DNA of 57,084 nucleotides from a virus: IMG/VR virus record IMGVR_UViG_3300010262_000001, positions 1 to 57,084 of that record; one strand, 5' to 3'. Shown piece by piece: positions 33,822 to 42,737 of this stretch (position 1 is its first letter; each line of letters starts with the position of its first letter). The notes under the pieces were generated by a model. It saw only the letters and a program-made list of their open reading frames with translations, ran no database searches and was not told where the DNA came from. The position numbers and the translations under genes were made by a program.

Positions 33822-34175
33822 ATGCAGAATGGATGTTTTAAATATAATTTACCTGGTTGGGGAGAAAATGATGTATTTGAGTGTGTTTTAAAAACACCGT
33901 CTATATTAGATTTAGCTTCAAAAGGGAAAATACCTAACCCTTTAATAGGGCCTATTGTAGCTCTGTTCAAAGGAGAACTTAAGGAAGATATGAATAGTCT
34001 TGAAGGTTTAAAAAACGTTAATGAATTAGCAGAGTTTTTCTGTGATGTATGTCTTGTTGAACCTACATATTCTGAACTAAAAGAAGCTGGTGGGTTAACT
34101 GATAAACAAAAAATTCATATTTATATGTTTGCAACTAGAGGTGTTAAAGCTCTTATACCCTTTCTTAAAGAGTAG
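33822..34175 (+). CDS. Tail assembly chaperone (G-like)
   Basis: Position between the major tail protein and tape measure; acidic 117-aa protein; SD AAGGAGGA. Confidence 0.55.
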   Translation: MQNGCFKYNLPGWGENDVFECVLKTPSILDLASKGKIPNPLIGPIVALFKGELKEDMNSLEGLKNVNELAEFFCDVCLVEPTYSELKEAGGLTDKQKIHIYMFATRGVKALIPFLKE

Positions 34176-34410
34176 TGAATTTCCGCTGTTCTTAAACTTG
34201 GTACAAACATATGACTTAAGACCATCTGAGGTTATGGGGATTGAAGATACTTATGTAGCTTACTGTTTTGATCAAGCGTTATTGGAATATGTATTTAGAA
34301 TAAGAAAAGGTGAAAACCCACTTAATGATAAACCTAAAAAGAAAAAAATACGCAATTCGATGGAAGAAAATACAGGTATGAGACTCCTAATGAATTTACA
34401 AAAAAATTGA
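34129..34410 (+). CDS. Tail assembly chaperone extension ORF (T-like), probably reached by a +1 frameshift from 33822-34175
   Basis: Overlaps the G-like ORF end in the +1 frame; its only start is an SD-less TTG; shared run CCCTTTCTTAAAG reads PFLK in both frames. Confidence 0.45.
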   Translation: MQLEVLKLLYPFLKSSEFPLFLNLVQTYDLRPSEVMGIEDTYVAYCFDQALLEYVFRIRKGENPLNDKPKKKKIRNSMEENTGMRLLMNLQKN

Positions 34411-34468
34411 ATATTTTAGAATAATATGGTATACAATATATTATAATGAAATATTTAGGGGGACAAGT

Positions 34469-34804
34469 ATGAAAAGAACAGCTGAGTTTGTGCTAGGACT
34501 TATAGGAGGAATTTTAGGAGCTCTTATCTCATTTCCTACATTTATTTTTATGGGATTTATGCCTGTTACTGATTCATTCTCAACTATAGCTTGGGTAACT
34601 AATGGTATTGCTACTGTTATAGCTATTGTAGCTATAGTATTTGCAAGTTTAGTTAATAAGAAAACTAAACTTTCAGGGATCATGATGATAATAACAGGAG
34701 TTGGATTATTCCTTTGTAACTTCTTTAATGTAATTTCAACAATACTATTGTTGATTGCAGGAATAATGAGTTTAGTTAGAAAAATTGAAAAAATAGAAGC
34801 TTAA
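34469..34804 (+). CDS. Multi-pass small membrane protein (DUF4064-like), moron inside the tail module
   Basis: Three hydrophobic helices (FVLGLIGGILGALISFPTFIFMGF, IATVIAIVAIVFASLV, IMMIITGVGLFLCNFFNVISTILLLIAGIM); own SD AGGGGGA and own terminator. Confidence 0.7.
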   Translation: MKRTAEFVLGLIGGILGALISFPTFIFMGFMPVTDSFSTIAWVTNGIATVIAIVAIVFASLVNKKTKLSGIMMIITGVGLFLCNFFNVISTILLLIAGIMSLVRKIEKIEA

Positions 34805-34807
34805 TTT

Positions 34808-34838
34808 AAAAGACACTTTTAAAGTGTCTTTTTTTTAT
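34808..34838 (+). terminator. Strong intrinsic terminator after the moron
   Basis: AAAGACAC ttttaaa GTGTCTTT followed by TTTTTTTT. Confidence 0.8.
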
Positions 34839-34862
34839 GCCTTCTTTTATAAGGAGGTGGAT

Positions 34863-37800
34863 ATTATAAGTGCAGATTTAGGAAGTATTTATGCAAGTAT
34901 GAGTTTGCGCTTAGGGGATTTTCAAGGAAATATAAATAGTGCTATCCGTGGATTTGAGGAATTAAACAACGCTGGTAAAAAAGTTAAGGGTGGAGTTCAA
35001 TCTGCTGGAGAATCTTTAAGTAAAGCTGGTAAAGAAATATCTGCATTTGGTGGTAAAATGACCAAAACAGTAACGCTTCCTATAGTTGGGGCTGGAGCCG
35101 CTGCTATAAAAATGGGTATGGATATGGAGGCTGGCGCGGTGAAAGTCAGCACTGTGGCAGATATGACCAAGATATCAATGGAGGATATAACTTCAGGTAT
35201 TAAAAATCTGAGTAATGAAACTGGAGTTAGTACAAATGAGTTAAACGAGGCTCTTTACAATGCTATCTCAGCTTCTGTTGATACTGCAGATGCTATGGAG
35301 TTTGTTGGTGATGCTACCAAGTTAGCTAAGGCTGGGTTCGCAGATATAGGATCAACCATTGACGTATTAACAACTATAATGAACTCTTATGGTTTAGAGG
35401 CTAGTGAAGTTACAAGAATTTCCGATGTTTTGATACAATCTCAAAACTTGGGAAAATTGACAGTTCAACAATTATCATCATCTATGGGTAAAATAATTCC
35501 CACAGCTAAAGCTGCTGGTGTAGGTATAGAACAAGTTTCGGCTGCTTATGTAGAAATGACTAAAAATGGGGTTTCTGTTGAAGAATCTACTACATACGTA
35601 AACTCTATGTTAAATGAACTTAATAAGAGTGGAACTAAAGTAGATAAGACATTAAGGCAAATTAGTGGTAAGAGTTTTAAAGAACTTATGGAAAGTGGTG
35701 CGAGTGTTGGTGATGCACTTGCTATCTTAGATAAACATGCTAAGTCTAACGGTAAAACTTTAGGAGATTTATTTGGTTCTTCTGAAGCTGCTAAAGCTGG
35801 TTTTATATTAGCTGAAGAAAGTGGAGAAAAATTTAATGAAACTCTTAAAAAATTAGGAAGTAGTGCAGAATCCACTGAAGAGGCTTTCGATAAAGTTAGC
35901 AATACTACTCAAGCTAAGTTCATGAAAACATTAAACGAAAGTAAAAATTCATTGATGGAATTTGGAACTAAGCTATTGCCGATTGTAGATAAATCTTTAG
36001 ATACATTTGGAGGGTTGTTAGATAAGTTTAATGAATTAAGTCCTTCTACTCAAGAGTGGATTCTTAAAATGACCATGGGCGCTGCTGTTGTTGGTCCTGT
36101 TGCAAGTGGAGTAGGTAATTTAGTATCTGGAGCTGGCGCTTTAATAAAAGCTGGCCCTAAACTAGCTAGTTTCTTTGGGGTATTTAGTGGTGGAGCTACT
36201 GTTGCTGCTGGTGCTGCAACTACCGCTGGAAGTGCTGCTGCTGTTGCAGGTGGTGCTACAGGATTTGGAGCTTTGGCTGGTGGTATTGGTGGAGCTTTAG
36301 CTACTGTTGCTCCTTGGGTTGCTGGTGCTGCTGTTGTTGGTGGTGCTGCTTATGGAATATATAAAACTTTAGACCAGGATGTTGTCCCAGCAGTTGATAT
36401 GTTCAAAGATAGTTGGGTAACTGTAACTGATACTGTAAATGGTACTGGTGAGGTAGTTTCTTTAGAGACTATGAAAATAAGTGAAGGTACTAAGGAAGCA
36501 GTACAAGGTTATTTGAATTTTAGAGATGAAAGCTTAACTGCTCTTAGAGAGTGGGGCACTGGTATAGTTGAAATAACAGATGAAAGTTTATTAAGTTGGA
36601 TTACTAAAAACAATGAGTATACTGAAAGTCTAGTAGCAACTAATAATCAAAAAAGAGAAGAGGAACTTATTAAAGTAAGTGAGTTTTATCTTGGACTAGA
36701 AGGTTTAGATCAAGCTAGTAAAGAAGCTCTTATAAGACAAAATGATGCTTATTACACTGAGTTAAATACAAAAGTAGAAGAAGCTACAAATGCTCAGAAT
36801 GAAATAATAACTAGAGTTAAAAATGGAGAAATAGAACTTAACGCTCAAACTATGAGTGAGATACTAAATCTTGAAAATTCTAAGGCTGATAATGTAATAA
36901 GGATACTTTCAGAAGAGGAGAAGGAAGTTGCTATTTTACAACAGAGAATGAAGGAAAATAGCATAAGAGAAACGACTGAACAAGCATCTGAAATAATTAA
37001 AAAGTCTATAGAAACTAAAGAAGGAAAGATAAAAGCAGCTCAAGAGGAGTTTGAAGGTGTTATAAAGTTCTTAGAAGAGCAAAAGAGCAAAGGGATTGTA
37101 ATAAGTGATGAACAGTACAATGAAATTATAGATACTGCAAGACAAAGAAGAGACGAAGCTATTTCTACAGCAGAAGAAGAGAAAAATGGTGTAGTTCAAA
37201 AGCTAGAAGAAATGGGAATAGACTTACAAAATACAGTAGATACAGATACTGGAGAAATTCTTAGTAAGTGGGATGTATTCTGGAGAGATGTAAAAGGAAT
37301 ATTTACTACAGGTGGAAATGATGCTAACACTGAGGCTAGTAGAGCTGGTGATAAGGTTAATCAAACTATGAGTACATCTATGTCTAGTATGGAAAGAACA
37401 GTTGGTACAAGTGTTGATAATGCTTCTAGAAAGCTAGGAGGATTAGCTAATGATATACACAATATTCCTAACTCTAAAACTGTAAATATAACTGTTAATG
37501 AAACTTTTAAGCAATATGGAAGACCTACAGCTGGTGGAAATCAAATGGGACGATATAATACTGGTACTAGAAGTTTCGAAGGTGGAAGAGCTATAGTGCA
37601 TGATTCTATGACTATGGGAACAGGAGAAATAATGGACCTTCCAGGTGGTACTAGAATTTACCCGCATGACGTATCTATTCAAATGGCTAGAGAAGCAGCT
37701 AAAGAAGTTGCTAAAGAGTTTGCTAAACAGAATAAACAAACTTCAAGCGGTGGTAATTTAACCCTAAGCATTAAAGAGTTTATAAACAATAGAGAGCAAG

Positions 37801-37865
37801 ACATTGAAGATTTAGCTGATGAATTAGCTTTCTATTTAAAAGAAAGAGGATTAGGAGGTGCATGA
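34863..37865 (+). CDS. Tail tape measure protein (TP901-family core); start codon uncertain
   Basis: ALYNAISASVDTADAMEFVGDATKLAKAGFADIGSTIDVLTTIMNSYGL core; Gly/Ala-rich hydrophobic segment; about 1000 aa. AAGGAGGTG SD at 34851-34859 is followed by ATT/ATA, and the first ATG is at 34899. Confidence 0.85.
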   Translation: MISADLGSIYASMSLRLGDFQGNINSAIRGFEELNNAGKKVKGGVQSAGESLSKAGKEISAFGGKMTKTVTLPIVGAGAAAIKMGMDMEAGAVKVSTVADMTKISMEDITSGIKNLSNETGVSTNELNEALYNAISASVDTADAMEFVGDATKLAKAGFADIGSTIDVLTTIMNSYGLEASEVTRISDVLIQSQNLGKLTVQQLSSSMGKIIPTAKAAGVGIEQVSAAYVEMTKNGVSVEESTTYVNSMLNELNKSGTKVDKTLRQISGKSFKELMESGASVGDALAILDKHAKSNGKTLGDLFGSSEAAKAGFILAEESGEKFNETLKKLGSSAESTEEAFDKVSNTTQAKFMKTLNESKNSLMEFGTKLLPIVDKSLDTFGGLLDKFNELSPSTQEWILKMTMGAAVVGPVASGVGNLVSGAGALIKAGPKLASFFGVFSGGATVAAGAATTAGSAAAVAGGATGFGALAGGIGGALATVAPWVAGAAVVGGAAYGIYKTLDQDVVPAVDMFKDSWVTVTDTVNGTGEVVSLETMKISEGTKEAVQGYLNFRDESLTALREWGTGIVEITDESLLSWITKNNEYTESLVATNNQKREEELIKVSEFYLGLEGLDQASKEALIRQNDAYYTELNTKVEEATNAQNEIITRVKNGEIELNAQTMSEILNLENSKADNVIRILSEEEKEVAILQQRMKENSIRETTEQASEIIKKSIETKEGKIKAAQEEFEGVIKFLEEQKSKGIVISDEQYNEIIDTARQRRDEAISTAEEEKNGVVQKLEEMGIDLQNTVDTDTGEILSKWDVFWRDVKGIFTTGGNDANTEASRAGDKVNQTMSTSMSSMERTVGTSVDNASRKLGGLANDIHNIPNSKTVNITVNETFKQYGRPTAGGNQMGRYNTGTRSFEGGRAIVHDSMTMGTGEIMDLPGGTRIYPHDVSIQMAREAAKEVAKEFAKQNKQTSSGGNLTLSIKEFINNREQDIEDLADELAFYLKERGLGGA

Positions 37866-38281
37866 TGCAATACTTTGTAAAAGAAAAAGATCTTATAACT
37901 TTTGAATATGGAGGTGTATCAAGCGCCTTCTATCATTTATATGTAGTAAAGCAAAATGGGTTGTATGATAGTTTTCAAAGAGATTTAGAATTTATAGAAG
38001 TCAAAGGTCGTGATGGTGATCTTGTTATAGATAATAAAAGAAGAAGAAGTAAAACTATTTCTTTAGAATGTTTTATAGATTTAGAGAAATCAAAACTACC
38101 TTTGGAAACTTTATCTGAAAATATAGAAGAATGGTTACAAGGAGAGGTAGCTTATAAGAACCTTTCTTTCAGCAACAATGAAAAAATATTTAAAGCTATA
38201 TGTGTTAATAACTTAAGCATAAATGAAGTTATTAAAAATGTAGTTGATGTACAAATAAGATTTAAGATTCAACCAAGTTAG
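37862..38281 (+). CDS. Distal tail protein (short Dit-like)
   Basis: Directly after the tape measure (ATGA overlap); EFIEVKGRDGDLVIDNKRRRSKTISLECFI resembles the Sipho_tail N-domain. Confidence 0.5.
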   Translation: MMQYFVKEKDLITFEYGGVSSAFYHLYVVKQNGLYDSFQRDLEFIEVKGRDGDLVIDNKRRRSKTISLECFIDLEKSKLPLETLSENIEEWLQGEVAYKNLSFSNNEKIFKAICVNNLSINEVIKNVVDVQIRFKIQPS

Positions 38282-38292
38282 GAGGTGGGGTA

Positions 38293-41004
38293 GTGATAAA
38301 GTTATATGATAAAACTGGTGAAGTTCTTATAGGGGAGTTGGAGGATTGTATTTCTTGTAATGTAACTGAGGTTAGAAATGGAATCTTTGATGCTAGATTA
38401 GTTTATCCAGCTATGAGATTAATTTCTAATAACTTAATAAAAGAAAATATTATAGTTTGCAAAGCTAGTGATATTCTTTTAAATCAAAAGTTTAGGATTT
38501 TTAATGTTAAGAAAAAACATTCAAACACTATTGAAGTTATAGCTAGACATATATCCTTTGATTTGCTTTATGACTTTATAGAAAATATAAATATAGTTAA
38601 CCAAAGCTGTGAGTATGCTCTTAATACTATATTTAGAAATTCACAGTTTTCTAGACACTACAAAGGGCACTCAGACATCATTAATGCTCAAGACTATAAT
38701 ATGTCTATGGCGAACTGTTTGAACGCTATAGCGGGCAAAGAAGGCTCAATTATAGATACCTATGGCACTGGTGCAGAGATATTGAGAGATAATGAAAATA
38801 TTCACGTTCTAAATAGGCGTGGACATGATAATAGTGTAACAATAGAATATGGTAAAAACCTAGAAGGTTTTGAGTGTACTGAGGATACCACAGATTTAAT
38901 AACTAGGATATATCCATTTGCGAAAAAATCTACTACAGATGGTGAGACTACTATTACTCTTAATGAGAAATTTGTTGATAGCCCAAGGATTAATCTTTAC
39001 TCACACCCTTATATTAGAGAGGTTGATTTAACTTCTAAATTTAAAGATGAAGATGAAATAAACCAAGCTAAATTAAAGTTAGAAGCGGAAAAATACTTTA
39101 TAGAAACTAAGTGTGATATTCCTAAATTAACATTTAATTTAAAACCTGTTCCACTTTCAAAATGTGTTGGATTTGAAAATTTAGGGGAAAAACTTTCTTT
39201 ATGTGACATAGCTACTATAAATCATAAAATATATGGAATAACTACTCAAGCTAAGGTTATTAAAACTGTATTTAATGTTCTTACAGATAGATACGAGAAT
39301 ATACAACTTGGTGATCCTAAGGCATCTTTAGGAGATTTAATTGGCGGGAATAGTGGTAATACTCCACAAGTAGGTCCACCTGGTCCTCCTGGTCCTCCTG
39401 GGCAAGATGGTAATATAGGAGATTTTCCTGATAGCTTACCAGCTATCCCACAACTAACTGCTAACGTATTAGGGTTTGCTAGTGTAGATTTATCCTGGAC
39501 TTATGAGAATAAAGTCTATTATAACTACCAAGTTTTTGCTTCTAAAACAGAAAACTTCGAGCCTAATATGTTTGATTTAATTTTTGAAGGTCAAGCAAGT
39601 TCATTCTTACATCAAGTTAAACCTGATGAGACTTGGTATTACAGAGCAAGAGCTGTTAATACTCACGGTAAAGCAACTGAATTATCTACTCAAGTGAAAG
39701 TTACTACTAAAAAAGTAGATGACTTTGAAAATTACTTCTCTAGTATGGCTATTCAAAATTTAGTCACTGGTATATTTACAGTTGATTATATGACAGCAGG
39801 TATTGTAAAAGGCAATTGGATAGATGCTAAGAATCTTTCTGTTACAGATGGTAATGGTAAAAGAACTTTAGACATAGATAGTTATGGGAATGTTAATTTA
39901 GATGTTAATAGTTTAAGTATAAGATCAAAAAAAGTTCTAAATGAAGAGGAGCTAAACAAAAATCTTGATATAAATTTATTAAAAAATACTCTTCCGCATA
40001 ATAATACTGAATGGCAAGCTTTAAATGGTTCAGTATCTTTTGTAACCAGTGATACAGAACTTAAGATTCATATAATAAACACAACTAAACAAGCTGATGC
40101 TATATTAATTCAAGAAAATGATAAAAATATTCTGGTTGATTGTGGCTATAATTCTACTATTAATATAGTTATCGAGTATTTAAAAAATAACGGAGTAGGT
40201 GAAATTGATTTATTTATAGCTACTCACGCTCATGCGGATCACGTAGGAGGGATAGAAGCTATATGTAACAACTTTACTATAAAAGAGGCTATATATAGAG
40301 AAGCAGATTGGAATATAGTTGACCAAATAGAACCAGAAGGTTGGGGAACTAGTGCAGTGCATAGAAAAATGCTTGAAGTATTTTTAGCTAAAGGTATAAA
40401 ACATAGAGAAGCTAAAATTATTGATGTAATAAAGATAAGTAATAATGGTGAATTAAGATTAATAAACACTACTAACGAAGTCTATGATGAGTATAATACT
40501 AGAAGTTTAGGTGTTCTGTATACTCATTACAATCATAAGATTCTCCTTGCTAGTGATATGACTATAGAAAGTGAAAAGCACTGTTTAGGAGAGATAGGAA
40601 AAATTGATGTTCTTAAGGTAGGTCATCATGGTGCAAATGGCTCAAACTCTGAAGCTTATTTAGAGGAAATTAAACCACAATGTGGATTAATTACAACTAT
40701 GAACATAGATCATATAGATAGAAAAAAAGCACTAGGATGCTTACAATGGGAAGGGATTCCTATTTATGATACTGGGACGAATGGAACTTTTGTAATTACT
40801 TCAACCAAAGAAGATATTTCTGTAAGTGGCTTAAATGTAGAATATAAATTAAAGAATCAGTGGTGGTATAGAAGGACTATAAATAATTTTGAGGAATGGG
40901 TTTATTTTAAATCTGATGGAAGTATAGCAAGGAATGAAACTGTAACAATAGGAGGAGGGCTTTATGAATTTGATGAAAATGGAATCTGTAAAGAACCTTA
41001 CTAA
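38293..41004 (+). CDS. Tail-associated lysin-like protein (Tal): prophage tail endopeptidase N-domain + collagen triplets + FN3 + metallo-beta-lactamase domain + cell-wall-binding repeat
   Basis: GPPGPPGPPGQDG (39373-); FN3-like LTANVLGFASVDLSWTY...WYYRARAVNTHGK; MBL ADAILIQENDKNILVDCG...IATHAHADHVGG...DVLKVGHHGANGS; C-terminal WWYRR...WVYFKSDGSIARNETVTIGGGLYEFDENG. Confidence 0.75.
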   Translation: MIKLYDKTGEVLIGELEDCISCNVTEVRNGIFDARLVYPAMRLISNNLIKENIIVCKASDILLNQKFRIFNVKKKHSNTIEVIARHISFDLLYDFIENINIVNQSCEYALNTIFRNSQFSRHYKGHSDIINAQDYNMSMANCLNAIAGKEGSIIDTYGTGAEILRDNENIHVLNRRGHDNSVTIEYGKNLEGFECTEDTTDLITRIYPFAKKSTTDGETTITLNEKFVDSPRINLYSHPYIREVDLTSKFKDEDEINQAKLKLEAEKYFIETKCDIPKLTFNLKPVPLSKCVGFENLGEKLSLCDIATINHKIYGITTQAKVIKTVFNVLTDRYENIQLGDPKASLGDLIGGNSGNTPQVGPPGPPGPPGQDGNIGDFPDSLPAIPQLTANVLGFASVDLSWTYENKVYYNYQVFASKTENFEPNMFDLIFEGQASSFLHQVKPDETWYYRARAVNTHGKATELSTQVKVTTKKVDDFENYFSSMAIQNLVTGIFTVDYMTAGIVKGNWIDAKNLSVTDGNGKRTLDIDSYGNVNLDVNSLSIRSKKVLNEEELNKNLDINLLKNTLPHNNTEWQALNGSVSFVTSDTELKIHIINTTKQADAILIQENDKNILVDCGYNSTINIVIEYLKNNGVGEIDLFIATHAHADHVGGIEAICNNFTIKEAIYREADWNIVDQIEPEGWGTSAVHRKMLEVFLAKGIKHREAKIIDVIKISNNGELRLINTTNEVYDEYNTRSLGVLYTHYNHKILLASDMTIESEKHCLGEIGKIDVLKVGHHGANGSNSEAYLEEIKPQCGLITTMNIDHIDRKKALGCLQWEGIPIYDTGTNGTFVITSTKEDISVSGLNVEYKLKNQWWYRRTINNFEEWVYFKSDGSIARNETVTIGGGLYEFDENGICKEPY

Positions 41005-42463
41005 TACTAATGATAAAAAATATATAAGACTTATAGCTCCTTCTGTCATAACTAATACTTACTCAGCTTTAGTAACAAGTGAATTTAGTATTGTAAATGA
41101 TAAAAAATATATATTACATTTCAAAGCTATAGTTTATAAAGATATTAATATAAAGATTAAATTTAGAAAAAATACTGGTGAAATAGTTGATATTGGAGAA
41201 ATAAATTTAAATGACTGCGAAGTAATTCAAAGTGTTAATGGAAGAAATGAATATCATTGTGTTTTTAAATTTTTAAATACATTTGATTCAATTGGCAATA
41301 TTTTAATAGGCACAGATTTAGATTCAAGTTTTCAGGCTAATGAAAAAATAATCGATATAAGGGAAGTAGCTTTACAACAAGGAATATTATTACTTCCGTA
41401 TACACCAGGTAGTGAAGAATTTAATAACGCAACTGCAGAATTAAACTCTAAATTTGAACTATTAGCTGAAAAAGTAAAAACTTCTGTATCAAAAGTAGAG
41501 GGATCTATTGCCGATTCAGTTGAGAGTATATCAGTAGTTAAGCAAGAAGTTGATAATCTTGAAATTAATTTTGATAAAAATATAAAAAATTCTTCAGGTA
41601 AAAACTTTGTTGACAACTCTGAGTTTGCTAGTATGGATTTAACAAGTTGGTCAAAGTGGGGAAGCGGAACAACACCTATTGTTTGGGGTGGTAATATTCA
41701 AAGTGGTCATGAATATGCTTGTAAAATAACTACTACAGATACTAACCAAGGATTAGAACAGCAAATAACAGGATTAGAAATTGACGAATGGTACACTTGT
41801 AGCTGCAAAGTATGGACTGAAAATGGAGTGCAAGGTATTTGCGTTAGAAATGCTGGCGTTTGGAACGGTGAAATATTTGAAGGAGATAATAATAAATGGA
41901 CAACTATCAAATTCACTTTTCAAGCTAAAGAAAATACCACATGGATACATTTAGGGTCTATTAATTCAAATTGTAAAAATGGAGTGACTTGGTTTACTGG
42001 AATTCAAATTAGAAAAGGGACTAAACTTTTAAATTGGATTCCGAATGCAAATGAATTGTACACCGCTCACCATAGATTTGACAAAGACGGGCTTAGAAGC
42101 GAATTTGAAGATGGTACGCATTCAAGCATCGGGAGAAAAGGAATTGAATGGTTTGATGCTAATAACATGAGTCACGCATATCATTGCCTTATGGAAGTTG
42201 GTATATTTAACCTAAGACAGTACGGTAATGGTAACTGGACAAGTATTAAGATACAATTACCAGCTTATTTCAGAAATAAATATTTTAAAGCAATAGCTTT
42301 TCCAGCAGGATATTCAACAGGTCAAACTAATTTGGACACGTTAACAATCCAAGTACAGAGCTATGATATTGCAAATGCTACATTTACTATACAAGCCTTT
42401 GCACATTCTCAGAATGGAGAATATCAAAACAATATCAATATTGCTTGGATGGCTACAGCATAA
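40964..42463 (+). CDS. Tail fibre / receptor-binding protein candidate with carbohydrate-binding-like domain
   Basis: Position; SD AGGAGGAGGG; Trp/Gly/Asn-rich central region (NFVDNSEFASMDLTSWSKWGSGTT...) resembling CBM-type jelly rolls. Confidence 0.5.
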   Translation: MNLMKMESVKNLTNTNDKKYIRLIAPSVITNTYSALVTSEFSIVNDKKYILHFKAIVYKDINIKIKFRKNTGEIVDIGEINLNDCEVIQSVNGRNEYHCVFKFLNTFDSIGNILIGTDLDSSFQANEKIIDIREVALQQGILLLPYTPGSEEFNNATAELNSKFELLAEKVKTSVSKVEGSIADSVESISVVKQEVDNLEINFDKNIKNSSGKNFVDNSEFASMDLTSWSKWGSGTTPIVWGGNIQSGHEYACKITTTDTNQGLEQQITGLEIDEWYTCSCKVWTENGVQGICVRNAGVWNGEIFEGDNNKWTTIKFTFQAKENTTWIHLGSINSNCKNGVTWFTGIQIRKGTKLLNWIPNANELYTAHHRFDKDGLRSEFEDGTHSSIGRKGIEWFDANNMSHAYHCLMEVGIFNLRQYGNGNWTSIKIQLPAYFRNKYFKAIAFPAGYSTGQTNLDTLTIQVQSYDIANATFTIQAFAHSQNGEYQNNINIAWMATA

Positions 42464-42479
42464 AGGAAGGTGATAACAT

Positions 42480-42713
42480 ATGAATAATAAAATGACTATA
42501 TTTTATTCTAAAAACACTGGAAACATAGAAGGTGTTTTTAGTGGAGAAGTTGACTTTGATGTATTTGTAGATAGAGAGGAAGATATAAAATCATACTGCA
42601 TAAGAAGCGTAGTAGAATACAATGGAGAATTTTTAGCTTTATTTTATAATTACAAAGTTAATTTAGAAACAAATACTATTGAATTAAAAGAACAATTAAA
42701 AATATCACTTTAG
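42480..42713 (+). CDS. Hypothetical tail-module protein
   Basis: SD AAGGAAGGTGA; 77 aa. Confidence 0.45.
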   Translation: MNNKMTIFYSKNTGNIEGVFSGEVDFDVFVDREEDIKSYCIRSVVEYNGEFLALFYNYKVNLETNTIELKEQLKISL

Positions 42714-42737
42714 AATAATGAATAAAGGAGGTAATGT

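Noticed and set aside
34104-34116. Canonical -1 slippery site (CAAAAAATT) for the tail chaperone
   Set aside because: A -1 shift from the G-like frame does not enter the downstream ORF, which is in the +1 frame. In addition, AAAAAATT is not an X XXY YYZ heptamer in the correct phase.
34824-34862. ORF-track start codons lying inside terminator stems (tape measure GTG 34824; 22095 GTG), and long N-terminal extensions at 343, 1262, 11412, 17311, 21616, 46609, 47860 and 52756
   Set aside because: These upstream starts lack SDs or sit within hairpins or upstream genes. Internal starts with GGAGG-type SDs at proper spacing were preferred.
35546-35902. 118-aa minus-strand ORF inside the tape measure gene, and similar antisense ORFs (759-974, 1850-2104, 2252-2542, 2810-3049, 3392-3586, 4441-4725, 9624-9938, 12123-12425, 22467-22688, 30383-30604, 37443-37739, 54963-55256 and others)
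   Set aside because: All lie within well-supported genes on the opposite strand, are Ser/Leu/Phe-rich as expected for the antisense of AT-rich Lys/Glu codons, and lack SDs.
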